A stretch of DNA of 64,000 bases. It comes from a virus. A model generated the notes under the pieces. The model saw only the letters and a list, made by a program, of their open reading frames with translations. It searched no databases and was not told the DNA's origin. Where the stretch lies: the IMG/VR virus record IMGVR_UViG_3300021963_000047, positions 1-64,000 of that record. The stretch is one strand, 5' to 3'. A program made the translations under genes and the position numbers. Below, one piece after another: positions 46,008 to 56,342 of the stretch; within the stretch, counting starts at the first letter, position 1, and every line of letters starts with the position of its first letter.

Positions 46008-48761
46008 ATGGTAGCATTTAATAAACTTAAAAGAGCAAGCAGATTCAAACTCAATAAAGCTTCTCTAGAGTTTAGAAGTTATGGTTTAAAGCCAAATACT
46101 GTCTATAACTTTGTAGACGAGTATGGCAATGATCTGACGTCACATACACAACAAGTGAAAAAAGGTGAAAACTATAACGCAGTTTTTAGTTACTACCAAG
46201 CAAATGAAAGATCACCAAACTTAGATTCTGATGGATACAATATTCCATATTCACATAGTGAGATTCACTATGAAATACTTTTTAATGATTACAATTACTC
46301 TGCTCTCAATACAAAAATAGATAATGTCATAGATATTGGAGAGCTTGGTGATCCATTAAAAACAGATGAAAATGGCATGCTAGCATTCTATTATTATCAT
46401 CCAGATAATAATAATCTAAGTGATGATCTTATTAAGAATACATCTTTAAAAGTTAATAGATATAAAGATTTCTTATTCAAGACTTATAAGTTGACACTTC
46501 CAGATGGAACACATACTGTTAATATTAACCCTGGTAAGAAACTTGTAAAAAGTAAAAATATCGATAACACTGATAATTCTACATTTACGGAAAAGATTTC
46601 TGCGGCAGAAAAAGCATCATTTAGTTTAGCACAAACGTTTTATATAGATGCAGATGCTGTCAATAATGCTACAGAAGTTTTTATTAGCAGTATTGATTTA
46701 TTCTTTAAATCAAAATCAAGCGCAGATGCAACTACAACAGTTAGTGGTCTAGAAAAACCAGGATGTAGCATTACTATAGTACCAACAAAAGACAGAATAC
46801 CTATTATAGATGAAGCAGCATACATGCCATTTTCTAGACTTGAATATGGTTATATCGGTGTTGATCCTGATAATGCCACAGTTAAAACTAAATTTAGCTT
46901 TACAAATCTAGTCAATGTAAAAACAAATACAGAATACGCAGTTTTAATAAAGTTTGATGGCAATTCTAACTTTAAACTTTGGACTAGTACAGAAGGTCAA
47001 TATATACTAGGTACTACAAATAAGACAGCAGGACCTGCGGGCAAGTACATAGGAAACTATTATAGTTATTCTAGCTCTGGTAATAGTTGGATACCAAATA
47101 GTACAACTGATTTAAAATTTAATGTTAATATTGCTAGATTTGCTACAAATGGAACACCAATCAATGCAAATCTTTCTACGATTACAGTTAGAAATAATAG
47201 CAGAGAGTTCATTCACTTTAATGAATTAAGTTCTTCTGCAAAAGATTTTAAACATAATGAAAAAGTTTATCAAGTACAAGCAAATGCCACTGGTAATATT
47301 TCTGTAAGTAATACTTCTACAACTATTACTGGTAACGGAACTCTATTTGATAGCTATTTTGATCAAGGATCTGACTATGAATGGATTGTTATTCAGAACT
47401 CTAGTGGTCAGAATGAACTTAGAGAAGTTATTTCAGTAACTTCTAATACAGTATTAACCATCGACAGACCAACTAGCTTTACTAATACAGCTTGTAATTT
47501 TTATAAAGCTCCAGTAGCATGGGTAGAAGCAGTTAAGTCTTCACACTTAGATGGTGGAAAATCAAATATGCTCGTATTAGCATATTCACAAGCAAACAGT
47601 TCTCTCAAATTTTCTAACAATGGAACAATTTTTGGTTCAGTAAGTAATGCCTATGTAACCAATACACAATTGGTTGATATAAAAGTTAATGAAGCTTCTG
47701 CTGCATTGAATTTAATTAATCCTGCACAGGCTGAGTACAGCACTTATATTACATTCAATTACACATTAGATGCCGGTGGAAACACTGTATTAGATGCTAC
47801 ACCATTTAGTAAGAATGTAAGTAATTTTGTAAGCTACACTTTTACACCAGAAGATGCAGTAGTATTTCCTTCTAGATCAAATGAAATAGCTGCCATAGTT
47901 GCTAGTGGTAATTCTACAGTTTATGCAAACGATTATGGTAATTCAATTATACTTGAAATAACACCTACTATAGTAAATGATTTTGTTACTCCGAAAATAG
48001 GTTCTTTAAAAGATGTAGTGTTATCTAGATATGTCATTAATAATGATTATACAAATGAAAATACAAAGTATGGAAATGCATACAGCAAACATATCACTAC
48101 TAAAGTTAATTTAGAAGCAAATGTAGCAGCTGAAGATATTCTTGTATATCTGAATGCTTATAGACCAATCGGAACTGACATAAAAGTATTCGCAAAAATC
48201 TATAATAATCTAGATATTGAAGCTTTTGATGATAAAGATTGGACTCTATTGGAACAAAAGAGTAGCGCAAAAGATGCGTATTCAAAAAATATGAATGATA
48301 TTATTGAATACACTTATGGGTTTACTCAGTATCCAAATACAGACTTTACATCTGCTGGATATGTTTCAACAACAATAGATCAATCAAATGTGACTGGTAC
48401 AGGAACAACATTTACTACTGATTTTGCAGCTAATGATTTAGTTAAAATTTATCCAGCTTTATTCCCAAATACTTACATAGTTGGTGTTGTTAACAGCGTC
48501 TCAAATAGTACACTATTAACATTAAAAACACCAATAACTAATACCAGTATTACCGGTTCTGGATTAAAAATTGATAAGCTTGAATTTAAATATCAAGCAT
48601 TCAATAATATTACTACAGATAATGTAGTAAGATACTATAGTTCTAGTATGACAGAATTTGATAAGTTTAATAGTTTTAAACTTAAGATAGTATTCTTGTC
48701 AAGTAATAATTATAGTATTCCAATGGTACAAAGCATGAGAGCGGTAGCGGTTTCAACATGA
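46008..48761 (+). CDS. Virion structural protein, DUF4815/VrlC-like C-terminal part
   Basis: GLKPNT, LAQTF, IDLFF, DLKF, FNSFKLKIV...MRAVA. Confidence 0.75.
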   Translation: MVAFNKLKRASRFKLNKASLEFRSYGLKPNTVYNFVDEYGNDLTSHTQQVKKGENYNAVFSYYQANERSPNLDSDGYNIPYSHSEIHYEILFNDYNYSALNTKIDNVIDIGELGDPLKTDENGMLAFYYYHPDNNNLSDDLIKNTSLKVNRYKDFLFKTYKLTLPDGTHTVNINPGKKLVKSKNIDNTDNSTFTEKISAAEKASFSLAQTFYIDADAVNNATEVFISSIDLFFKSKSSADATTTVSGLEKPGCSITIVPTKDRIPIIDEAAYMPFSRLEYGYIGVDPDNATVKTKFSFTNLVNVKTNTEYAVLIKFDGNSNFKLWTSTEGQYILGTTNKTAGPAGKYIGNYYSYSSSGNSWIPNSTTDLKFNVNIARFATNGTPINANLSTITVRNNSREFIHFNELSSSAKDFKHNEKVYQVQANATGNISVSNTSTTITGNGTLFDSYFDQGSDYEWIVIQNSSGQNELREVISVTSNTVLTIDRPTSFTNTACNFYKAPVAWVEAVKSSHLDGGKSNMLVLAYSQANSSLKFSNNGTIFGSVSNAYVTNTQLVDIKVNEASAALNLINPAQAEYSTYITFNYTLDAGGNTVLDATPFSKNVSNFVSYTFTPEDAVVFPSRSNEIAAIVASGNSTVYANDYGNSIILEITPTIVNDFVTPKIGSLKDVVLSRYVINNDYTNENTKYGNAYSKHITTKVNLEANVAAEDILVYLNAYRPIGTDIKVFAKIYNNLDIEAFDDKDWTLLEQKSSAKDAYSKNMNDIIEYTYGFTQYPNTDFTSAGYVSTTIDQSNVTGTGTTFTTDFAANDLVKIYPALFPNTYIVGVVNSVSNSTLLTLKTPITNTSITGSGLKIDKLEFKYQAFNNITTDNVVRYYSSSMTEFDKFNSFKLKIVFLSSNNYSIPMVQSMRAVAVST

Positions 48762-49000
48762 TACCAAAAAAAGGTAAAAAAAAGAAAAAGAATAATTTAA
48801 TAGCAACAAACATGCCGGGTTTTTATAAAAATAAGAATACCGGAATCATTATAAATAAAAATAAAAACGAATTAGCATTAGTAAAGAATGCCGTTAATAA
48901 TGCTAAACTCGCAAATGAAAGTAAAGAAAAAGTGGATAAGTTAGAAGATGAAGTTAAACAATTAAAAGAATTATTATTACAGGTCATAGAACGGAAATAA
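48758..49000 (+). CDS. Small coiled-coil phage protein
   Basis: TGIIIN motif and C-terminal heptads. Confidence 0.65.
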   Translation: MIPKKGKKKKKNNLIATNMPGFYKNKNTGIIINKNKNELALVKNAVNNAKLANESKEKVDKLEDEVKQLKELLLQVIERK

Positions 49001-49003
49001 TTT

Positions 49004-49900
49004 ATGTCTAAAACGTTATCTTCTATCAACACGGCTGCTGATACTTTTCAAAACTGGATTGATAGAACCAATAGCATTATTAGTTTAATCGATACAGAAG
49101 TTGTAACTGCAAATTCTACAGGAGCTCTTACTTCTGGCAATGGATTTGTTAATGGTTACTTCGGTGCCAATACTATTGTTGCAACTTATATTAAAGGTGG
49201 TAATGTTACAACAAATAGTGTTATAACATTTCAAACTAATACTACATTTAGTGCAAACGTTTTAATAAGTGAAAATCTTGTTGTAACTAATACTGTCAAT
49301 TTTGCTAATAGTTTATTGGTATCTGGTAACGTTACTCTATCAAACAGTATCAGTGTCACAGGTAATGCTACTTTATCTAATACTCTATTAGTTATTGGTT
49401 TAGCTAATGCTTCTGGTGGTTTAAACACTACAACTGCTAATGCTACATCATTAAATGTCGGCGCAAATATAAACATAACAACTTCAAATTTAAACATTGG
49501 TAATTCCAGTGTAAATGTATCATCAAATTCATCAATGATACAAATAGTTGGAAGTAATGTAGTTACTGTAAATTACTTAGCAAATCTTGCCACACAAAAT
49601 ACTGTAACTTTTACAGGTTTAACATCACAAATTCTAGATAGTATGGCTTTAGCAACAGTTAGATCTGCTGAATATATTATTTCAGCAAACAACAATACTG
49701 CTAATGCATATCAAATTTCTAAGATATTAGTTATACATGATGGTGCTACTGCTTATGTTACAGAATATGGCACAATATATACAAATACTGCAGTGGTAAC
49801 AATTAGCGCAGGCGCAAACGCTACTCATATGTTTGTAAACTGTACACCAGCTTCAACTAATACTACTGTTAAGTTTACTAGACTTGCATTAGGTGTATAA
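49004..49900 (+). CDS. Beta-rich virion/fibre protein
   Basis: DTFQNWIDRTN N-terminus; SAEYII...VIHDG...VTEYG C-terminal module. Confidence 0.7.
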   Translation: MSKTLSSINTAADTFQNWIDRTNSIISLIDTEVVTANSTGALTSGNGFVNGYFGANTIVATYIKGGNVTTNSVITFQTNTTFSANVLISENLVVTNTVNFANSLLVSGNVTLSNSISVTGNATLSNTLLVIGLANASGGLNTTTANATSLNVGANINITTSNLNIGNSSVNVSSNSSMIQIVGSNVVTVNYLANLATQNTVTFTGLTSQILDSMALATVRSAEYIISANNNTANAYQISKILVIHDGATAYVTEYGTIYTNTAVVTISAGANATHMFVNCTPASTNTTVKFTRLALGV

Positions 49901-49902
49901 AA

Positions 49903-50232
49903 ATGGCAACAAAAGCAAACTTAGTAATAGATCAAGGAACAACATATACTACAGATCTAAATCTAACAGATGAAAACGGTGATCCTTTAGTTCTTTCTGG
50001 TTATACTGCAAATTCACAGATTAGAAAACACTATACTTCATCAAATTCTGTAGTCTTTTCTACTTCAATAAATGCAGTCGCTGGTATTATAACTCTATCA
50101 TTAACTGCAAATCAAACCGCCAATATGGCCAGTGGTAGATATGTCTATGATGTAGAGCTTACCGATGCATCAAATAGTGTTTCTAGAATTGTAGAAGGCA
50201 TAGTAACTGTAACACCACAGGTAACTAGATAA
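49903..50232 (+). CDS. Conserved structural protein
   Basis: ANLVIDQG...GRYVYDVE...RIVEGIVTVTP. Confidence 0.75.
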   Translation: MATKANLVIDQGTTYTTDLNLTDENGDPLVLSGYTANSQIRKHYTSSNSVVFSTSINAVAGIITLSLTANQTANMASGRYVYDVELTDASNSVSRIVEGIVTVTPQVTR

Positions 50233-50498
50233 TGGTTAATATAGTTGTTTCTTCTAAGAAAGCTATAAGAGTAACAGCCAATACGACTGGAGAAGTTATT
50301 CAGTCTTCTACTCCAGTCACTTTAAAAAATACAACAAAATTTTCTGCTGGTAGATTGGATCAGTTAGCAGATGTTTCTGAGCCAACAACACCAGAAGATG
50401 GTTCTACTTTAGTATATAATGCTAGTACAGACACATATGAAGTTAAAAAAGTTAATTTAGGTGAGGTTGAAGGTGATCTTAACGGTGGAACGTTCTAA
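50232..50498 (+). CDS. Hypothetical structural protein
   Basis: LADV...DGSTLVYN...GGTF. Confidence 0.65.
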   Translation: MVNIVVSSKKAIRVTANTTGEVIQSSTPVTLKNTTKFSAGRLDQLADVSEPTTPEDGSTLVYNASTDTYEVKKVNLGEVEGDLNGGTF

Positions 50499-50500
50499 AA

Positions 50501-50508
50501 TATAAATA
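50501..50508 (+). promoter_or_regulatory. T4-type late promoter
   Basis: Exact intergenic TATAAATA before a fibre gene; further copies at 5169, 35370, 48850 and 53069. Confidence 0.75.
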
Positions 50509-50538
50509 ATTTAAAAAATAATAACAAAGGAACCACCA

Positions 50539-52569
50539 ATGGCAAACCAAATTCAAATTAAAAGAAGTACTACTACAGCAACACCAGTATCACTTGCTAA
50601 TGGTGAATTAGCTTGGACATCAAATGGTGATATCCTCTTTATTGGATCCAGCGGCGCCGTAGAACCTATTTCTGGTAAGAGATATCCTGGTATTCTAACT
50701 GCCAATCAAGCATTGGTTGCTAACGCTACTTCTGGTATCGATAAGATCATCGTAGCAAATCTTCAGCCAACATACATTTATGCTAATGGTGCTTCCGGAA
50801 CTGCTGGTCAAATCCTCACTTCTAACTCTTCTGGTGGTGTTTACTGGACAGCTCCAGCACCAACTACAGCAGGCGCAAATACACAAGTTCAATTCAATGA
50901 TGAAGGTGCACTTGCTGGCGACGCAGATTTTACTTTCAACAAAACAACAAATACACTCACTGTAACTAATATTGCCGGTAATGGTGCTTCTATTACTTCT
51001 GTAGATGCAACAAAAGTTGGTGGTAATACTGCTGGTGATCTTAATACATATGCAGATAATAAAGCTGCAAATGCTTATTCAAATGCAATGTCAGATACGT
51101 TATCACGTAGTGGCACATATACTGGAAATAATATTTTCCAAGGCACAAATACGGTATTTAGTTCAAACGTAACTATTTCTGGTACAATTAACAGAGCTCC
51201 GACAATCACTCTTGCTGGTGATCTTAGTGGTTCTGTAACTCTTACAGACCTTGCAAACGGTACACTTACAGCAACCATCGCAGCAGACTCAGTTGCTCTT
51301 GGTACAGATACGACCGGCAACTACGTTGCTACTATTACAGCTGGAGCTGGTATTTCTGGTTCATCTTCTGCAGAAGGTGGTACACCAACTATCGCTGTTG
51401 TTGCAAATAATGGTATAGTTGCAAATTCATCTGGAGTATTTGTCAATGGTCAAGATGGTCTTACAACAAATGCTTCTGGAGTGTTCGTCAAGAGTGGTAC
51501 AGGTGTTACAGTAAATGCTACCGGTGTTCATATTGGTCAGGCAGTTGGTACATCTGATAACGTAACTTTTAATGATATTACTATCAATGGAAATACTATT
51601 ATTGGTAGCAATAGCAGTGATGTTGTTTCTGTTAATGGTTTAATCAATACAGCGCTAGTACCAGCTGCTAACGTAACATATGATCTTGGCACATCAACAA
51701 TGAGATGGAAAGATCTTTATCTTTCTGGCTCAACTCTTGTTCTTGGTAACGTTACTCTTTCTGATGCAACTGGAACACTATCAACAAATAGTGCTGCTAT
51801 TAGTGAAAATCTAACAGTATCTGGTAATGCAGTATTAGGTAGTAATTCATCAGATATCGTTTCTATTAATGGAGCAGTTAATACTGCTATTACGCCAAGT
51901 GCTAACGTAACATATGATCTTGGTACAAATACATCTCGTTGGAGAGAAATTCACGCTGCTAACGTTCACTCAGTAGATGGTTACTTTGATGGAAACCTTC
52001 AAGTTTCTGGTAACCTTGTAGTTCTCGGTGACGCATTAACAGTCAACGTTGCAACTCTTGCTGTTGAAGACTCGCTCATTCAACTTGCAACAAATAACAC
52101 ATCAACAGACCTTCTCGATATTGGTTTCTATGGAAACTATCAAGTAGGTGGTGGTGGTCATGAACATGCAGGTTTCTTCAGAGACGCTTCTGACGATGGT
52201 ATCTTTAAGTTATTCTATGGTCTACAAGATGCTCCAACAACAACAGTAGATATTGCTGGCACTGGTTATACTAGAGGTACAATCGAAGCTTATCTAAAGT
52301 CAGGTGCATTAATATCAAACGCAACAAATGTTGCTATCACATCAAACTCTACAGTAAGTGTTGCTATTACTGCAAATACTTTAGCATTAACTACTGCACT
52401 CTCTGCAACTGATGGTGGTACAGGCTTTGATACATACACAAGCGGTGATTTATTAGTAGCAAATACTGGTAACGCGCTTTCTAAGTTGTCTCTTGGAACA
52501 GCAGGATATGTACTTCAGTCAAATGGCACTGCATTGATCTATGACGTACTTGATGGTGGTTCATTCTAA
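50539..52569 (+). CDS. Tail fibre-like protein
   Basis: IQIKRS...GELA N-terminus, G/T/N-rich repeats, HAGFFRDASD, DGGSF end. Confidence 0.78.
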   Translation: MANQIQIKRSTTTATPVSLANGELAWTSNGDILFIGSSGAVEPISGKRYPGILTANQALVANATSGIDKIIVANLQPTYIYANGASGTAGQILTSNSSGGVYWTAPAPTTAGANTQVQFNDEGALAGDADFTFNKTTNTLTVTNIAGNGASITSVDATKVGGNTAGDLNTYADNKAANAYSNAMSDTLSRSGTYTGNNIFQGTNTVFSSNVTISGTINRAPTITLAGDLSGSVTLTDLANGTLTATIAADSVALGTDTTGNYVATITAGAGISGSSSAEGGTPTIAVVANNGIVANSSGVFVNGQDGLTTNASGVFVKSGTGVTVNATGVHIGQAVGTSDNVTFNDITINGNTIIGSNSSDVVSVNGLINTALVPAANVTYDLGTSTMRWKDLYLSGSTLVLGNVTLSDATGTLSTNSAAISENLTVSGNAVLGSNSSDIVSINGAVNTAITPSANVTYDLGTNTSRWREIHAANVHSVDGYFDGNLQVSGNLVVLGDALTVNVATLAVEDSLIQLATNNTSTDLLDIGFYGNYQVGGGGHEHAGFFRDASDDGIFKLFYGLQDAPTTTVDIAGTGYTRGTIEAYLKSGALISNATNVAITSNSTVSVAITANTLALTTALSATDGGTGFDTYTSGDLLVANTGNALSKLSLGTAGYVLQSNGTALIYDVLDGGSF

Positions 52570-52586
52570 ATTAAAGGATTTATATT

Positions 52587-53114
52587 ATGATTAATGATGA
52601 GAATAAAGATCAATACACTCTTGCATTTATACAGAAGCAAGAACAGCATATCATGGAGCTGTTGAGAAAGAGTATAGACTTAGAAATTAAAGTCAGTATC
52701 CTTAACAGCTCCATCATTAACCTCAATAATCTTTTAAAAGAATCAGAACTCAGATTCGAAGAATCTCAGAAGAATGTTTCTTTCTCTAATGAAATCATGA
52801 CTCAGGCTACAGCTAGCATCGAAGATTTGACAATTAAAAATAAACAGCATATTGAAAGAGAAGAAACTCTTGTTAAGACAATAACAAATTTACAAGTAGA
52901 AGCTGATAAGTTAAAATCAGAAATTGGTTCTATAAGTGTCCAACGTGAAGAAGCAAAGAAACAGGTAATTGCTCTAGAAAACAGTGTTGAGCAATATAAG
53001 AGAGAAATCAATAGACAGAATGAAGAACTTCAATCTTTATTTAAAGAAAATGAAGAGCTAAAAATAAATATAAATACAAAAAAGACTTCTAAAAAGAAGG
53101 ATGATACTTTTTAA
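52587..53114 (+). CDS. Coiled-coil protein
   Basis: Continuous heptad pattern, E/K/Q-rich. Confidence 0.7.
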   Translation: MINDENKDQYTLAFIQKQEQHIMELLRKSIDLEIKVSILNSSIINLNNLLKESELRFEESQKNVSFSNEIMTQATASIEDLTIKNKQHIEREETLVKTITNLQVEADKLKSEIGSISVQREEAKKQVIALENSVEQYKREINRQNEELQSLFKENEELKININTKKTSKKKDDTF

Positions 53115-53145
53115 TCCAGTATATACTGGAGAATGAAGGGGCCAT

Positions 53146-56100
53146 ATGGCAAATACAACTATTCAGCTTAAGCGCTCATCTGTAGCAGGCAAGCAACCAA
53201 ATACCACTACGCTCAGTATAGGTGAGCTAGCCATCAATATTACAGATAAGAAGTTATATTCTTCTGATGGCACTAATATATTTGAACCTGCTGGTAACGT
53301 TAGTACTATCAATATCACCGGTGGTATAAAAGCCAATGGCTCTCTAGGAACTGCAGGTCAAGTTCTCGCATCAAATGGTTCTTCTATCTATTGGACTACT
53401 GATCAGACATCCGGCAATGTTGTTGCTAATGCAATTACAACCAGCACGTTGGCAGCAAATGCTATCGCTATTACATCCGGTACACTTACTGTAGGTAACT
53501 CTACTGTTAATACTGATATCGGCAATAACTATATTTCTGTTGGCAACACTCTCTCATATGCTAACATTTATAGTAATAGAATTATTATTGGCAATACTTC
53601 TGTTTTCAGTTCTGTAAATTCTTATTATATTAAATCATATGCGAATGGCGATATTACATCCAGTAATGGTGTAACAATCAGTGGTAATTTCTTACAGAAT
53701 GAAGGTCATCCTACTTCACAAACAAGTTTAGGATCTGCAATTGCTCTCGGTACTCCAGGATGGAATGGACCCGGCGGCGCTTCGAATTTTGCTCCACAAG
53801 GTAGCGCATACGCAGTTGTAGCAAATCTGTTTTTTGTAAACACTTCATTCATGCAAATGGGTAATAGTAGTGTTTACTTTAATATGACACCAAGATCATT
53901 GACGATGGGAAACACTGTTGTCAATTCTAGTGCTTTAACTGTAAGATCTATTGTGGCGAATGGTTCTCTAGGAACTGCTGGTCAAGTACTTGCTACAAAT
54001 GGAACAGCAGTATATTGGACTGCAGATCAAGGTGCCAACGCAATCACTGCGAACAGTCTGACAGCAAATGCTATTGCTATTACAACTGGCACATTGACTA
54101 TCGGCAATAGTACAGTTAATACAGATATTGGTAATAACTATGTCAGTGTTGGTAATTCTACAAGTTATGCGAATATATACAGCACATATATTCGCGTTGG
54201 TAACACTTCTGTTTTCAGCACTATAAACTCTTCAGCTTTAAGTATAAAATCTATTGTTGCTAACGGTTCTGTTGGAACTGCTGGTTATGTGTTATCAACA
54301 AATGGAACTGGCATATATTGGTCTCCTGCAGGTTCAGGCACTGTAACTATAACAAATAATACACCATCAAATATAAAAAATATAGTTAATACAAGTGTTA
54401 GTACAACACAAACAGTGGTGGATACAGCCAATGCAACTGGCATTTCAACAATAGAATATCTAATTTCTGCAAGAGATAATACTAATTCAAACTATAAATC
54501 TTCTCGTGTATTAATAACAACTGATGGAACAACATCATATGTAACAGAATATGGAATTGTTTTAAGTAATAATTCTGCACAAGTATGTTCTTTCGACTCT
54601 GATATTAATACTGGAAATATTAGACTCCTTGCTACAGGTGACAGTGCCGATGTTGATGTAAGTCTACAGAGAGTTGTATTAGGTTCTGCGACTGAAGCTG
54701 GCGATATAGCAGCTACACCAATATTAGATAGTGTTACAAACACAGCTATTAATATTGCTGCTTCAGCAAACGCCGTTAAGACTGCATATGATGTTGGTAT
54801 AGCAGGTCAAATGGCCGGTGCAGCTGCATATACTAATGCAGTTTCATATGTAGATACAAAAATTGGTACAGCAAATAGTGCTATAACTGGAAATGCATCT
54901 GCTGCTTATACAAACGCTGTAGTATTTGCTGCAAATGCAAGTAATATAAATTCTGGTACTCTAGCAGAAGCAAGATTACCATATAGAATGAATCAAAACA
55001 TTCAAACAACCGATTCAGTACAATTCACAAGTGCTTCTATTGGTGGTACATTAGTTGCAAATACACAACAAATTACTGTCAATAACATGGTTGTTGCTAA
55101 TGGTTCTTTTGGAACTGCTGGTTATGTATTAACATCAGCAGGTCAAGGACTATCACCGTACTGGGCACAGGCAGCAGATGCAGGAGCAGCTTATACAAAT
55201 GCAGTAGTATTTGCGGCAAATGCAAGTAATATAAATTCTGGTACTCTAGCAGAAGCAAGATTACCATATAGAATGAATCAAAACGTTCGTACCTCAGATA
55301 CTGTCGAATTTAGTGGTCTTACACTAACAGGAAACTTAGTTGTTTCTGGTAATGTTAATATCATAGGTGCAAACAATTTATCTATTTCAGATAATATGAT
55401 TTATTTGAATTCTAATAATGATGTATCAAATCCTGATCTAGGCTTTGCTGGTAATTATAATGATGGTACATATCATCATGCTGGTTTCTTTAGAGATGCT
55501 TCTGATGGTATATGGAAAGTATTTGACAACTATGATCCTGAACCAGATGCATCAGCATTTATAGATACATCTAATGCATCGTTTAGTTTAGCAAACTTTC
55601 AAGCTAATACACTTTACTTAGGCAACACAACAACTAACTGGGTCGTTGCGAATAGTAGTGTTGTAGTTTCTACAGGTACTGTAAAAGGCGCAATACTTCA
55701 ATCTACACAATCATCTGGCGATGAAGGTGGTCAGATCGATCTTGCTCTTGCTGCTAATAATACAACACTGACTGGTGGCATTGCAATCGATGTCTATCAA
55801 AATAGACTTCGTATTTTTGAAACTGGTGGATCAAATCGTGGCGCATATATTGATCTTTCAGCCGCATCTACCGGAGTAGGCTCAAATCTTCTTGCCGGTG
55901 GAGGTGGCGGCGGTGGATTTACTAATGGTCAATCTATTAGCGTAAATAACTTTGTTATTACTGGAGTTATGACTGCTAATAGTTCTAATGGAACTTCTGG
56001 TCAAGTTTTAACTTCAAATGGTAGTGGAGTTTATTGGTCTTCTTCTATAACTTCTGCTACAACACAATCATTTACTGGCAATGGTTCTAATACACAATTT

Positions 56101-56316
56101 ACTTTAGCAACTGCTGTATCTGACAATAATGTTTTAGTTACATTAGACGGTTTAGTTCAAATACCAATAACACATTATAGTATTTCTGGTACAACTATTA
56201 GTTTCGTATTGGCTCCCCCAAATTCTACAAAAATAGAAGTTAGAACTATGCCAGCAGGTATAACCGGTATATCAACAGGCAAATCTATCGCTATGGCATT
56301 AGTATTCGGAGGATAA
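53146..56316 (+). CDS. Modular tail fibre-like protein
   Basis: IQLKRS...GELAIN, repeated ANGSxGTAGxVLxxNGxxxYW modules, internal duplication. Confidence 0.8.
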   Translation: MANTTIQLKRSSVAGKQPNTTTLSIGELAINITDKKLYSSDGTNIFEPAGNVSTINITGGIKANGSLGTAGQVLASNGSSIYWTTDQTSGNVVANAITTSTLAANAIAITSGTLTVGNSTVNTDIGNNYISVGNTLSYANIYSNRIIIGNTSVFSSVNSYYIKSYANGDITSSNGVTISGNFLQNEGHPTSQTSLGSAIALGTPGWNGPGGASNFAPQGSAYAVVANLFFVNTSFMQMGNSSVYFNMTPRSLTMGNTVVNSSALTVRSIVANGSLGTAGQVLATNGTAVYWTADQGANAITANSLTANAIAITTGTLTIGNSTVNTDIGNNYVSVGNSTSYANIYSTYIRVGNTSVFSTINSSALSIKSIVANGSVGTAGYVLSTNGTGIYWSPAGSGTVTITNNTPSNIKNIVNTSVSTTQTVVDTANATGISTIEYLISARDNTNSNYKSSRVLITTDGTTSYVTEYGIVLSNNSAQVCSFDSDINTGNIRLLATGDSADVDVSLQRVVLGSATEAGDIAATPILDSVTNTAINIAASANAVKTAYDVGIAGQMAGAAAYTNAVSYVDTKIGTANSAITGNASAAYTNAVVFAANASNINSGTLAEARLPYRMNQNIQTTDSVQFTSASIGGTLVANTQQITVNNMVVANGSFGTAGYVLTSAGQGLSPYWAQAADAGAAYTNAVVFAANASNINSGTLAEARLPYRMNQNVRTSDTVEFSGLTLTGNLVVSGNVNIIGANNLSISDNMIYLNSNNDVSNPDLGFAGNYNDGTYHHAGFFRDASDGIWKVFDNYDPEPDASAFIDTSNASFSLANFQANTLYLGNTTTNWVVANSSVVVSTGTVKGAILQSTQSSGDEGGQIDLALAANNTTLTGGIAIDVYQNRLRIFETGGSNRGAYIDLSAASTGVGSNLLAGGGGGGGFTNGQSISVNNFVITGVMTANSSNGTSGQVLTSNGSGVYWSSSITSATTQSFTGNGSNTQFTLATAVSDNNVLVTLDGLVQIPITHYSISGTTISFVLAPPNSTKIEVRTMPAGITGISTGKSIAMALVFGG
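54931..55284 (+). repeat. Perfect 69-nt direct repeat (54931-54999 and 55216-55284)
   Basis: GCAAATGCAAGTAATATAAATTCTGGTACTCTAGCAGAAGCAAGATTACCATATAGAATGAATCAAAAC occurs twice, 285 nt apart. Confidence 0.9.
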
Positions 56317-56342
56317 ATGACTAATCTTAATATAGGCAAAAA

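Noticed and set aside
45504-46054. Overlapping poly-Ile/His/Ser/Met ORFs
   Set aside because: Alternative-frame readings of the GAT/GAC and GGT repeats.
54931-55284. Possible DGR template/variable repeat pair
   Set aside because: The copies are identical rather than adenine-mutated, both are in frame in one gene, and no reverse transcriptase is present in the window.
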